Position numbers and translations under genes: made by a program. Positions 28,623 through 38,242 of a stretch of DNA of 64,000 nt are shown in pieces. Each line of letters begins with the position of its first letter. Positions within the stretch are counted from its first letter, which is position 1. Under the pieces are notes generated by a model. The model was given only the letters and a program-made list of their open reading frames with translations, was not told where the DNA came from and did no database searches. This DNA is from an uncultured Gammaproteobacteria bacterium (GTDB taxonomy: Bacteria > Patescibacteriota > Patescibacteriia > Magasanikbacterales > GWA2-37-8), in contig CAYXJO010000005.1 of NCBI GenBank assembly GCA_964465205.1, positions 4,552 through 68,551 on the forward strand, read 5' to 3'.

Positions 28623-29261
28623 ATGAAAAAGTATTTAATCTTCGGTATGTTGTTGGTTGTGCTACTGGGTTGGTTCGAAGAGGCATCTGCTCTTAATGAC
28701 GAAACTGCTTTAGCCGATAACTTTCCGATTTATGCGGAGGGTTGTCAGCAAATAGCATCCAATGATCCCTGTAGTATTTTTTCGCCAATTATTCGAATAT
28801 CGGATATGGATCGCGCCATAGATAGATGGCGCCATTGGCAATTGTTGGAGTTGTTGATATTCGATGGTTGGTGGAGCGAGTCTGCTTGGGAGGAAACGCC
28901 CCGCGAAGCTTCCGTAAATTATAGCATCTCCTCCGCTAGTTTTAGAATTCAAGATCTGGTTGCGGAATGTGGGACAATGTGTCTTATTTGCGATGAGGAG
29001 ATCGCGGCCTCGGCGCGTGTGGCATGGAGATATCACACTCCAAACCACGGTATAATACAAGACATGTACCAACTATGGTTAAAACAACGTGAGATGGAAA
29101 GTTTCTGTGAGTTTTTGCAAGGGCTTGAAGCTCATACTGGTAGTAGCATCCGGTATATGGGGCAAGTGTGTGATTCAGCTACGTTATTAAAAGTGGAATT
29201 AGCGCATTTGAGAGTTGTGGTCATGTATCCATATGTATGCCCATACTCCTGCTCAGATTGA
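28623..29261 (+). CDS. Secreted Cys/Trp-rich hypothetical protein
   Basis: Signal peptide MKKYLIFGMLLVVLLGWFEEASA; 13 Cys and many Trp; somewhat GC-richer than flanks. Confidence 0.4.
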   Translation: MKKYLIFGMLLVVLLGWFEEASALNDETALADNFPIYAEGCQQIASNDPCSIFSPIIRISDMDRAIDRWRHWQLLELLIFDGWWSESAWEETPREASVNYSISSASFRIQDLVAECGTMCLICDEEIAASARVAWRYHTPNHGIIQDMYQLWLKQREMESFCEFLQGLEAHTGSSIRYMGQVCDSATLLKVELAHLRVVVMYPYVCPYSCSD

Positions 29262-29372
29262 ATATGGAGTAAAGCGGTATTGATATGCCGGTGTGCGTTT
29301 TTCGCCCCGGCTTTTTTAATTGCCTTTTTTTCTTTATAATGCTAAAATATCACCACTAGCTGTAAATTTTTT

Positions 29373-30761
29373 ATGCAAATCACATTTTACGGCGCGGCGC
29401 GCGAAGTTACCGGCTCATGTAATCTACTCGAAGTGGGTGGTGGCCTGTTCGGCAGCAAGCCCAAAACCAAAATTCTCATTGACTGCGGCATGTTTCAGGG
29501 CAGTGATTTTAACGAGGGCAAAAATAGTGACCCCTTGCCTTTTGACCCCCAAACTCTAAACGCAGTAATTGTTACTCATGCACATCTCGACCATGTCGGT
29601 CGGTTGCCATTACTTATTAAGGGTGGGTATTCCGGTCATTTTTATGCTACCCCGGCTACAATAGAACTCGCACAGCTTATTATGGAAGACGCGCTGTCAA
29701 TCATGGAATATAACAATCGTAAATTCGGTTCGCCCATACTATACGATACCACCGATATTGCCGGTGTGATGCAGGGGTTCAAACCATTGGATTATTACCA
29801 GGATTTTGAATTACCGGGTTTGTCGGATAAAGTAAAAATAAAATTTTACGAAGCCGGTCATATTTTTGGCAGTGTGTTTGTGGAAATTCAGGCCGATGGC
29901 AAAAAAGTGGTTTTTTCCGGCGACATCGGCAACGTCGATGTGCCGATCTTGCGCGATACGGATGTTTTGCCTTCAAATGTTGACGCGGTAGTTTGCGAGA
30001 GTACATATGGCGATCGTAATCACGAACCATTATCTACTCGCCAAAAGTTGTTGGAGGATATGATTGCACAAGCGATTGGTCGAGGTGGGGTGCTGATGAT
30101 CCCGTCATTTTCTTTGGAACGTACTCAAGAATTGCTTTATGATCTAAATGATTTAACTGATCACCAAGGCCGTTTGCCGCGTGTGCCGATTTATCTAGAT
30201 AGTCCGCTCGCTATCAATGCTACCAAAGTTTACCGTAAATATACTCAATATTACGATGAGGGCGCGCGTGACTGGCTCATATCCGGCGACGATTTGTTTC
30301 AGTTTCGTGGACTAACCATGTGTGAAACACGCGAAGAATCCAAGAAAATAAATGCCACTCCGGGACCAAAAATTATTATTGCCGGCGCTGGTATGATGAA
30401 CGGTGGGCGTATTTTACATCACGCCATGCGTTATTTATCCGACGATAAAAACACTTTGTTGATAATTGGCTATCAAGCATATGGTACATTGGGTAGGCAG
30501 ATATTAGATAAAAAATCACCAGTAATTATTATGGGTGAAAAGGTGCCCGTGCACTGTGCTATAAAATCTATTGGTGCTTTTAGTGCGCATGGCGATCAAG
30601 ACAAAATCATGGATTGGATTGGCGGGGGAGACACTGTGCCAAAAAAAGTATTTTTGAACCACGGTGAACCGCCCGCTAGTGAAGCGTTGGCCAAAAGACT
30701 ATCTGAAGAATTAAATATTAAAACAACGGTAGTGAATCCGGGGCTTACGGTAAAAATATAA
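29373..30761 (+). CDS. Beta-CASP metallo-beta-lactamase RNA-processing hydrolase (RNase J-like)
   Basis: THAHLDHVGRLP (HxHxDH); beta-CASP motifs downstream; 462 aa. Confidence 0.65.
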   Translation: MQITFYGAAREVTGSCNLLEVGGGLFGSKPKTKILIDCGMFQGSDFNEGKNSDPLPFDPQTLNAVIVTHAHLDHVGRLPLLIKGGYSGHFYATPATIELAQLIMEDALSIMEYNNRKFGSPILYDTTDIAGVMQGFKPLDYYQDFELPGLSDKVKIKFYEAGHIFGSVFVEIQADGKKVVFSGDIGNVDVPILRDTDVLPSNVDAVVCESTYGDRNHEPLSTRQKLLEDMIAQAIGRGGVLMIPSFSLERTQELLYDLNDLTDHQGRLPRVPIYLDSPLAINATKVYRKYTQYYDEGARDWLISGDDLFQFRGLTMCETREESKKINATPGPKIIIAGAGMMNGGRILHHAMRYLSDDKNTLLIIGYQAYGTLGRQILDKKSPVIIMGEKVPVHCAIKSIGAFSAHGDQDKIMDWIGGGDTVPKKVFLNHGEPPASEALAKRLSEELNIKTTVVNPGLTVKI

Positions 30762-30882
30762 ATTGTTGAATTAAAAAGTCGAGGTTAAATACCTTGACTT
30801 TTTTGTATAAAAGTAATAATATAGAATGTCCGATTGAACAGAAGTCGAATGCGAAACCACCCATGAATACAAGGAGGATGGA

Positions 30883-31362
30883 ATGAAAAAAGTTCTTTGG
30901 ATACTAATGGCAACGACCATGATCGTGTGGTTGTTTGCGGGTTGTGGTGATGCTGGTCCTGACAAAGACCCGGATGTTATAATCCCGGTTGGTGACGGCG
31001 ATGCCGATGTCACCGAGGCTGACTCCGGAAAGCAGACGGCTGACATCAGTCTGTGTGGAGTCGTCGTCACGTTCACCCTGCGCTACGGCGAAGGTGTGCA
31101 AATCGCCTTCGACAATCAGAACGATACGACCGTTATCGTTCGAGTTGGCAATGATACCACCGGCGCTTTGGTGGTGCAAGATTGCCTGTGGGCGGGCAAG
31201 CAATCGCAGCAGGAAGCGGCATTTGCTGCCGGCGACACCTTAGTCGTCGAAGTACGGCAGGGCCAAGGCCAATTTTGGCACTGGCTGTGTGCCGAGTTCA
31301 CCGACGAGGTACTAAATAACTTTCCGGTCTGTGACACCCTGGTGGTGCAGATCGGTTCATAG
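30883..31362 (+). CDS. GC-rich lipoprotein ORFan (159 aa)
   Basis: Lipobox LFAGCGD; GC visibly in the mid-50s %; GGAGG RBS (aaggaggatggaATG). Confidence 0.5.
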   Translation: MKKVLWILMATTMIVWLFAGCGDAGPDKDPDVIIPVGDGDADVTEADSGKQTADISLCGVVVTFTLRYGEGVQIAFDNQNDTTVIVRVGNDTTGALVVQDCLWAGKQSQQEAAFAAGDTLVVEVRQGQGQFWHWLCAEFTDEVLNNFPVCDTLVVQIGS

Positions 31363-31387
31363 CTTAGAGTCGGATGATAGAATCAAT

Positions 31388-31417
31388 GGGTGGGCCACAG
31401 GTCCACCCTTTTTTGTT
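31388..31417 (+). terminator. Terminator GGGTGGGCC-aca-GGTCCACCC + TTTTTTGTTT
   Basis: Stem-loop followed by a T-run, 25 nt after the lipoprotein stop. Confidence 0.7.
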
Positions 31418-31419
31418 TG

Positions 31420-31900
31420 AAAATAAAAGTGGTGCAAGAGGGGTCGCTCTTGCACCGGTGCTTTGATTGCTCCGCCAGACCCCCGAGTAGGAATTCGGCC
31501 TGGGTCCTCCAGATTGCGATAGTTGAGTTCGCTCAACTTTGGACGAGATCGCTTCTACTCCGACGAGCCGTTAGTATCGGATAATAAGCGATCAAGACCA
31601 CATTCTTCCGGATCCCATTCGTGATTCGACTGCTATCCCCAGCCGAGCCAACGCCCCGGTAGATTGCAGCTACACAGAGCGCCCGGGAAAAATCCTTAGG
31701 CCATTCGCGACCATGGTTGGCGGTGGTCTTCCACAGAAAGGATGTTCGTGCGTTAGGGACGATGGCCACCATTCTTTTGCCAGAGCCATCTTTGCGGAGA
31801 CGGACTTGTCTGGGTGCTGTGTCCCATCTCGGTATTCGTAGTGGGCGATGTCTCGCTACACTCCCTAAAAAGGGCTTCAATCAAAGCTATGGTTTATTAT
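31420..31900. other. GC-rich non-coding block (about 0.5 kb) with strong hairpins and no credible ORF
   Basis: Starts with a perfect 10-bp hairpin GGTGCAAGAG-gggtcg-CTCTTGCACC (31427-31452). Only Arg-rich shadow ORFs without an RBS. Contiguous with the GC-rich lipoprotein gene. Confidence 0.4.
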
Positions 31901-32044
31901 CACAGATATGGATTACTGTCAATATAAGCCGTTTTTTATTGGTTTTTCCTGTGGATAACTATGGTCAAAATGTGTTGACGAGTGTGGTGTGGTGGTGTAA
32001 AATGGATATAGGTGGGGAAAAGTGGTGAATATTCAAAACAGCAT

Positions 32045-32476
32045 ATGTTTATTGGTGAATATCAGCACAACTTAGATGATAAAGGACGTTTGGCTATACC
32101 AGCCAAATTTCGACGTGATTTACAAAAAGGAGCAGTGGTCACTCGCGGCCTCGACAACTGTTTATTTTTGTATACCAAAACCGAATGGGCTAAACTCGCC
32201 GAGAAGCTCGCGGCCTTGCCATTTTCACAATCTAATTCACGCGCCTTTTCTCGTCTGATGTTGGCGGGTGCTATGGACGTAGAAGTAGACAAGCAGGGTC
32301 GGGTAGTGTTGCCGGAATATTTACGAAACTTTGCTGGATTAAAAAAGAACGCAATCATTGCTGGTTTATATAGTCGTATCGAAATTTGGGATGAAACCAA
32401 ATGGAATGAATACAAAGGTCAGACCGAAGCGCAGAGCAATGAGATTGCCGAACGCATGGCTGAATTGGGTGTCTAA
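32045..32476 (+). CDS. mraZ: Transcriptional regulator MraZ
   Basis: MFIGEYQHNLDDKGRLAIPAKFR and a second repeat GRVVLPEYLR (two MraZ/AbrB-like repeats). Confidence 0.85.
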   Translation: MFIGEYQHNLDDKGRLAIPAKFRRDLQKGAVVTRGLDNCLFLYTKTEWAKLAEKLAALPFSQSNSRAFSRLMLAGAMDVEVDKQGRVVLPEYLRNFAGLKKNAIIAGLYSRIEIWDETKWNEYKGQTEAQSNEIAERMAELGV

Positions 32477-32487
32477 GCTCATTTGAT

Positions 32488-33396
32488 ATGCGACATATCC
32501 CAGTACTACCCAAAGAAGTGATAGAAGGGTTGAATTTAAAATCTAGTGATCGGGTGGTGGATTGCACTTTGGGAGATGCTGGACACAGTGAAGAAATTTT
32601 GAAAATTATTGGACCAAAAGGCAGGTTGCTTGGCATCGACGCGGACCCAGAAGCGGTGTTGCGTGCCAAACAATATCTATATGATTTTGGAGAACAGGTG
32701 GTATATGTACGTGATAATTTTAACAATTTAAAAAATATTTTAGATGAGAATAAATTCGGTTTGGTAAATGCAATTTTGGCAGATTTGGGCTGGAGTACGC
32801 CGCAATTTGGAGAGCGGGGGAGAGGATTCAGTTTTGAATCTGACGAACCTTTGGACATGCGCTATGGCGGCGCTTTGGCGCAGGGGCCAACCGCTGCCGA
32901 GGTAGTAAATAAATATTCTGTCGAAGAACTTTCTAAAATATTCAAAGATTACGGTGAAGAAAAATGGGCAAGAGAAATTGCCGAGGCGATAGTAAACGAA
33001 CGCGTCGTGCGACCTATTGAACGCACTGCGCATCTCACAGAAATTGTTCTACAAGTCTATCGTGAGAAATTGCACAGTGACAAAGAAATTCCTTGGATTG
33101 GCGGTATTCATCCGGCGACCAAAATATTCCAAGCTTTGCGCATTGCAGTAAATCATGAGTTGGAAGTAGTGAAAGAGTTGTTGCCTCAAGCGGTCGAGGC
33201 GCTCTCGAGCGGTGGGCGACTCGCGGTCATCACCTTTCATTCACTCGAAGATAGAATCGTAAAACAATATTTTCAAAAAATAAACAACAAATCAGCGCGA
33301 ATGATAAATAAAAAACCAATTATCGCGACTGAAACAGAATTAAAAAATAATCCACGCGCTCGTAGCGCCAAACTAAGAATAATTGAAAAGATTTAA
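32488..33396 (+). CDS. rsmH: 16S rRNA (cytosine1402-N4)-methyltransferase RsmH (MraW)
   Basis: HIPVLPKEVIEGL...DCTLGDAGHS...LADLGWSTPQ matches RsmH motifs. Follows mraZ. Confidence 0.85.
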   Translation: MRHIPVLPKEVIEGLNLKSSDRVVDCTLGDAGHSEEILKIIGPKGRLLGIDADPEAVLRAKQYLYDFGEQVVYVRDNFNNLKNILDENKFGLVNAILADLGWSTPQFGERGRGFSFESDEPLDMRYGGALAQGPTAAEVVNKYSVEELSKIFKDYGEEKWAREIAEAIVNERVVRPIERTAHLTEIVLQVYREKLHSDKEIPWIGGIHPATKIFQALRIAVNHELEVVKELLPQAVEALSSGGRLAVITFHSLEDRIVKQYFQKINNKSARMINKKPIIATETELKNNPRARSAKLRIIEKI

Positions 33397-33757
33397 TATG
33401 TCATTCAAACGTCGTCTCGAATCTCAAATTTATAATTTTCGTTATGCGTTGGCTACCATCCGTTTACCGGATTGGATGACCAACGTCCAGGTGCGAGTGG
33501 TTTTGACTGTGTTCTTTGTGTTTTTTACTACCGCATATATTATAAAAATGAGTTCAACGGCGGTGAGTGGCTATGACCTCCATAATTACGAAACTCAGGT
33601 TGCCGGTTTGCGCAGTGATATCCAGAAATTACAGACCGAGGTGGCAACCTATAACTCCATTAGTAATATTTCCAAACGCGCCCAAGAAACTAACATGGTA
33701 GTAGTGGGCGAAATCAAACACTTAACGCCGTCCGGCATAGCTGTGGCGGTACGCTAA
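33383..33757 (+). CDS. Cell-division protein FtsL-like (single TM + coiled coil)
   Basis: Position after mraZ-rsmH; TM helix VVLTVFFVFFTTAYII followed by coiled-coil QVAGLRSDIQKLQTEVATYN. Confidence 0.5.
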   Translation: MKRFNMSFKRRLESQIYNFRYALATIRLPDWMTNVQVRVVLTVFFVFFTTAYIIKMSSTAVSGYDLHNYETQVAGLRSDIQKLQTEVATYNSISNISKRAQETNMVVVGEIKHLTPSGIAVAVR

Positions 33758-33793
33758 GAACATAAAAGCCAAAATGCTTGTCTGGCTTTTAAA

Positions 33794-33832
33794 AGCGGAC
33801 CTGGTGCATCGCATTGGATCCGCTTTTTTATT
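33794..33832 (+). terminator. Terminator AGCGGA-cctggtgcatcgcattgg-ATCCGCT + TTTTTTATT
   Basis: Second of two consecutive hairpins after ftsL. Confidence 0.55.
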
Positions 33833-33950
33833 GTATTGACAAGTTGGTTTTTTTATATTACAATAATAAACTGTTTTGGAATTATATTAAATTTTTGTTC
33901 TTTAGTGCGGTGGAGTCCTTGGCGGGGTTTTGCATTTGAAGGAGGGTCGC

Positions 33951-34343
33951 ATGAAAAAGAAATCATTCAGCACCTGGGCCAACATGGTCGCTTACGTTCT
34001 GGCCGAATTGGGCCAGAATAAGTTGGGTAGAAAAATGAAAGGGCTTGCTGGAAGGCAAGTCCCTAAAAATGGCTATCTAGTGCTGGAAGAAATTGCGTAC
34101 AGAGAGGCAGTTCACTTCCAACATCTATTAGGGAATGTATCGGCCACCTCTTTCATCAAAGGTTGGTTGGTCCATATGTTCTATAAGAGACGTGGGACGC
34201 TACGCAAGGCGGTGCCAAAGCTGGTGATCATCCAAACCGCGGCCGTCCCACGGCCGGTTCTGACCGTAGCTCGGTATGCACCGGCTACGAACAGTTGGGT
34301 CAAAGATGAAACCGTCGCACAGGACAGTAGTAGTTATTTTTAG
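33951..34343 (+). CDS. GC-richer ORFan (130 aa, basic)
   Basis: GAAGGAGGG RBS 6 nt before the ATG at 33951; composition about 50% GC; no family recognised. Confidence 0.4.
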   Translation: MKKKSFSTWANMVAYVLAELGQNKLGRKMKGLAGRQVPKNGYLVLEEIAYREAVHFQHLLGNVSATSFIKGWLVHMFYKRRGTLRKAVPKLVIIQTAAVPRPVLTVARYAPATNSWVKDETVAQDSSSYF

Positions 34344-34484
34344 ATGTTGGCGCAAGAAGGGGTCTCGGATCCCGAGGAAGATGGTGATTTGGCAGAGCCA
34401 GCACTCCAAGAAGAAGACGACGATGATCTCGGCTTGTGGGAGGAAACCCACCACTTGGTCGGACCACCTCGTGGTCGCAGGTAA
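34344..34484 (+). CDS. 46-aa hyper-acidic peptide translationally coupled to the preceding ORFan
   Basis: TAGATG junction. Hand translation MLAQEGVSDPEEDGDLAEPALQEEDDDDLGLWEETHHLVGPPRGRR. Below the ORF-track length cutoff. Confidence 0.35.
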   Translation: MLAQEGVSDPEEDGDLAEPALQEEDDDDLGLWEETHHLVGPPRGRR

Positions 34485-34498
34485 GTTTATTTTAGGGT

Positions 34499-34530
34499 AG
34501 GGGCCATCTCGGCCCCTCTTTTTTATTTTC
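34499..34530 (+). terminator. Terminator AGGGGCC-atctc-GGCCCCT + CTTTTTTATTTT
   Basis: Perfect 7-bp GC stem then a T-run, right after the acidic-peptide stop. Confidence 0.7.
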
Positions 34531-34539
34531 CCTAAAAAT

Positions 34540-34917
34540 ATGGTATACTATTCACATATGTGGCTCTTGGTTTTACAGCGTTTATTTTTAGAAGCGGTTT
34601 TGGATGCTATCTATTTCCCGCTGTGGTGGTACACTGGCGGCACACTTCACGCCTTACAGTGGTGTTTTGGTTTGTTCCGTGCTGGCAATGACACGCTCGC
34701 GCCCGGATTGTGGCTTGCCAATATTTTTACACCAATGTACGGCCAATTCGACTGGCAAGGTCGTCTTATTTCTTTCTTCATGCGCGCGATTCAGGTATTT
34801 TTTCGTGGCATAGCGCTCGTTGGGTGGATGGTTTTTTGTGTAATATTATTTTGTTTTTGGTTAATATTTCCAGTTTTAATTATTGCCGGTTTGATCAAAG
34901 CGTTTACTTTGCGTTAA
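34540..34917 (+). CDS. Hypothetical membrane protein (125 aa)
   Basis: Two to three TM helices, Trp-rich. Confidence 0.35.
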   Translation: MVYYSHMWLLVLQRLFLEAVLDAIYFPLWWYTGGTLHALQWCFGLFRAGNDTLAPGLWLANIFTPMYGQFDWQGRLISFFMRAIQVFFRGIALVGWMVFCVILFCFWLIFPVLIIAGLIKAFTLR

Positions 34918-34928
34918 AGGCATAAATT

Positions 34929-37694
34929 ATGTTGTTTGAGAAAAAAACTCCACTGCCGATTACCAATTGTCCTGCTTGTAAAAGTGCCGGACAAGTCGGG
35001 TTTGCGCGTTGTCGTACGTGTCGCGGTATGGCGATGGGATACATTAGACGCAATCAAATACAGTTTTGGGGATACCCGATCACTAGTTATCACTTACGGC
35101 TTGAGCGCATGCGACGTATTTTTAATCGTATTCGTTTTGCCACTATATTACTATTTGGTTTAAACTTTTGGTTTTGGGTGGCTTGGGCCGGCTACAAAAA
35201 TAAATATTTAGATATTTTGACCAATCAGGGAGCAAAAAGTTTTTGGAATGTTATCACTTCAGGCGGCAATGGATTTCTGTTTTTTGCCGGCATTATCTGC
35301 TTTAGTTATTTGTTTTATCGATCTTTGGCAGAGCGTGAACATAAATTAGAGGTGGAACACCATGACTACAGGCATGAATCGAAAAGCACAGAAAATATCA
35401 GTGCGCCAATTGATTGGGCACGAGCAATAAAGGTATCTCGTAAATTACGTTTAAATATTGCCGATACTTATACCGAAGAAGCTTTGAAGATAGTGGGTGA
35501 TGCTTATCGTTTGGCGGAGAAAAATAAACAAACAACAGTAACCGCCAAACATGTGTTTTTTGCACTGCTGACTGCTAATCGAATTAGTAATATTTTTATT
35601 CGTTTGGGAATACCGGTCGCCGAGATCCAAAAACGTATGGGGCCGATAGTGTATGCCGGTGTTTCAGACAATACTCATTTGTCGCCGACAGTGGGCGAAG
35701 ATTTTGTTCAGACATTATTTCAGGCCTATGAGTGGGGATATGGCGCGCATCAAGAATATATTAGTGTTACGGAGTTGTTGGTTGCTTCGGTAGAACAATC
35801 GGCTGAAATTCAAGATTTGTTGTATGATTTTAATATTAATAAAGAAAAATTAGCCAATGTAGTGGAGTGGGCACGAATCCGCGAACGTATGTATCGTCAG
35901 TATAAGAAGTTTCGCCGGGCAGCGGGCAAACGCAGTACCCATGGCATGGATAAAGCAATGACTGCCGTAGCCACCCCATATCTCAATCATTTTAGTGACG
36001 ATCTTACATTGGCGGCCCAGTTTGGTTACTTAGATACCTGTGTGGCGCGCGAACGCGAGGTTGATGAGATATTCCGTGTAATTGAGGGCGGTCAATCCAA
36101 TGTGGTTTTGGTAGGTGAACATGGAGTGGGTAAAAAAAGTATTATCGATGGCATCGCCCAAAAAATGGTAGAAGATGATGTGCCAGATAGAATAAAAGAT
36201 AAACGTTTGGTTCAACTGAGTATTTCAGCTTTGCTCGCCGGTACCACTCCGGCCGGCGCGGTGGAGCGTCTAATTCGCATGCTCAACGAAATCGCGCGCG
36301 CGCGTAATATCGTTCTGTTTATTCACAATATCCATGAGCTTATTGGGGTGTCGGCCGGCGGTGAGCGGAGTTTGGATGTAGCTGGCACGTTGGTAGAATA
36401 TTTGGGAAAAAGCGGGTTTTTCACCATTGCGACCACCACCACCGACAATTACGCTCAGGCGATCGCGTCGTCAAATTTATCAAGTGTATTTACCAAGGTG
36501 GAAGTGCGTGAGATGGATGTTAATCAAGCGATTCAAACAGTAGAGTCAAAAATTGGCATGTTAGAATACAAGCACAATGTATTTTTTTCGTATGATGCTA
36601 TCGAAAAAACAGTGCAGTTATGTCACCGTTTTGTGCACGAGATAACTTTGCCGGGTAGTGCGATAGAAATCGCCACCGAAGCGGCTAGTTTTACGCATAG
36701 TACCAAAGGGTCAAATAGTTTGGTGACTGGCGAAGAAGTGTCAAAAGTGATTTCCGAAAAAACTCATGTTCCGGTAATGACAGTTTCGGCTGATGAGTCT
36801 ACCAAATTACTGCGTTTGGAAGAAGAAATGCATAAACGTGTGATCGGGCAGGATGAGGCGGTGGATTTGGTGGCGAATGCTCTGCGTCGAGCGCGCGCGG
36901 AAATGCGCTCCACCAATCGTCCAATTTCTAACTTTTTATTTTTGGGACCCACCGGTGTGGGTAAAACCGAACTAGCCAAGACCATTGCGGAAGTTTATTT
37001 TGGCGGTGAAGACAAAATTGTGCGTTTGGATATGAGTGAATATCAAGACAAGACCAGTATTTATCGACTGCTCGGTGCTCCAGGAGAAAAAGGCACGGGA
37101 ATTCTTACCGAAGCAGTCCGTCGCAATCCGTTCTCTTTGGTGTTACTTGATGAAATTGAAAAAGCCGATAAAGATGTTTTGAATTTGTTTTTACAAGTTA
37201 TGGACGACGGCCGTCTTACCGACAGTTCGGGGCGAGCAGTAGATTTTACGAATGTAATTTTGATTGCTACCAGTAACGCCGGCACAGCATATGTGGGAGA
37301 ACAGATTCGGGCCGGGCTATCAAGTGATGCAATAAAAGATAGATTGTTGCACGGTGAACTTAGCCAATATTTTCGTCCAGAGTTTCTGAATCGTTTCGAT
37401 GGGATAGTGCTATTTAAGGCGCTCACTCGAGATGATATAAAACGCGTGGCTTCTCTCATGATGAAACGAATCGCGCGCGATCTTGAAGCCAAAGGAATGG
37501 GGCTCGAAGTCCAGCCGGCGGCTTTGGAATTTTTGGCTGATGTTGGATTTGATCCGGAATTTGGCGCGCGGCCGATGCGTCGGGCGCTGCAAGAGCGGGT
37601 GGAAAATAAGTTGGCACAATTATTATTATCTGGTAAATTAAAAAGACGCGATACAGTGGTACTGGGTGCAGGCGGGGAGATGAGTGTAAAATAA
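34929..37694 (+). CDS. Clp/Hsp100 ATPase (ClpC/ClpB-like, two AAA+ modules) with unusual N-terminal zinc ribbon + transmembrane segment
   Basis: N-terminal CPACKS...CRTCRG, then hydrophobic helices (ILLFGLNFWFWVAWAG, FLFFAGIICFSYLFY). Clp-N repeat (EEALKIVGDAYRLAEK). AAA-1 GEHGVGKKSI, AAA-2 FLGPTGVGKTELAK. Sensor and arginine-finger region GARPMRR. Confidence 0.75.
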   Translation: MLFEKKTPLPITNCPACKSAGQVGFARCRTCRGMAMGYIRRNQIQFWGYPITSYHLRLERMRRIFNRIRFATILLFGLNFWFWVAWAGYKNKYLDILTNQGAKSFWNVITSGGNGFLFFAGIICFSYLFYRSLAEREHKLEVEHHDYRHESKSTENISAPIDWARAIKVSRKLRLNIADTYTEEALKIVGDAYRLAEKNKQTTVTAKHVFFALLTANRISNIFIRLGIPVAEIQKRMGPIVYAGVSDNTHLSPTVGEDFVQTLFQAYEWGYGAHQEYISVTELLVASVEQSAEIQDLLYDFNINKEKLANVVEWARIRERMYRQYKKFRRAAGKRSTHGMDKAMTAVATPYLNHFSDDLTLAAQFGYLDTCVAREREVDEIFRVIEGGQSNVVLVGEHGVGKKSIIDGIAQKMVEDDVPDRIKDKRLVQLSISALLAGTTPAGAVERLIRMLNEIARARNIVLFIHNIHELIGVSAGGERSLDVAGTLVEYLGKSGFFTIATTTTDNYAQAIASSNLSSVFTKVEVREMDVNQAIQTVESKIGMLEYKHNVFFSYDAIEKTVQLCHRFVHEITLPGSAIEIATEAASFTHSTKGSNSLVTGEEVSKVISEKTHVPVMTVSADESTKLLRLEEEMHKRVIGQDEAVDLVANALRRARAEMRSTNRPISNFLFLGPTGVGKTELAKTIAEVYFGGEDKIVRLDMSEYQDKTSIYRLLGAPGEKGTGILTEAVRRNPFSLVLLDEIEKADKDVLNLFLQVMDDGRLTDSSGRAVDFTNVILIATSNAGTAYVGEQIRAGLSSDAIKDRLLHGELSQYFRPEFLNRFDGIVLFKALTRDDIKRVASLMMKRIARDLEAKGMGLEVQPAALEFLADVGFDPEFGARPMRRALQERVENKLAQLLLSGKLKRRDTVVLGAGGEMSVK

Positions 37695-37696
37695 AT

Positions 37697-38242
37697 ATGA
37701 AGGAAGTCGAAGTAAAAGTTGCGTTAGACGATGTAACCAGTTGGCGTTCCAAGTTTGAGAACGCCAACTTTAATTTTGTTTCTGATACCAAACAAGATGA
37801 TCGTATTTTTTTACCACCCGGATTTAATTATGATGGTATTGTGCCCGGCACACCCGTAATACGAGTACGCAGTGAGGATGATAAAAAATTTACACTTACT
37901 CTTAAGAAGAAGTTAGTGAATGAGTTGGATAAGATAGAAATCGAACTAGTCATCAACGATCCGGAACAAGCCGCTGAATTAATCCGAGGTGTTGGATATA
38001 AAGAAATTTTACGTATTAAAAAACATCGGATAAAATTTAAAAAAGACGATATTGAATTATGTTTGGATGAAGTGGAAGAGTTGGGTGGTTTTGTAGAAGT
38101 TGAACGCATGGTAGAAAACAATGCGGACAGTACAGTGATACAAGCACAGCTTCTGGAGTTATTATCAGACATGAGTGTGGATATTGGACGTCGAACACCC
38201 AAAGGTTATGATAGTTTGTTGTATGAAAAGATAAAACTATGA
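37697..38242 (+). CDS. CYTH-domain protein (triphosphate tunnel metalloenzyme / class IV adenylate cyclase-like)
   Basis: N-terminal EVEVKV and alternating charged beta-strand pattern characteristic of CYTH. Confidence 0.5.
   Translation: MKEVEVKVALDDVTSWRSKFENANFNFVSDTKQDDRIFLPPGFNYDGIVPGTPVIRVRSEDDKKFTLTLKKKLVNELDKIEIELVINDPEQAAELIRGVGYKEILRIKKHRIKFKKDDIELCLDEVEELGGFVEVERMVENNADSTVIQAQLLELLSDMSVDIGRRTPKGYDSLLYEKIKL

Noticed and set aside
31390-32028. ORFs 31390-31584 +, 31533-31880 -, 31717-32028 + in the GC-rich non-coding block, and RNase P / tmRNA / SRP identity for this block
   Set aside because: ORFs are Arg-rich with no RBS. I could not find RNase P P4/CR boxes, a tmRNA tag reading frame with terminal T-arm, or the SRP domain IV motif on either strand, so no specific RNA call is made.
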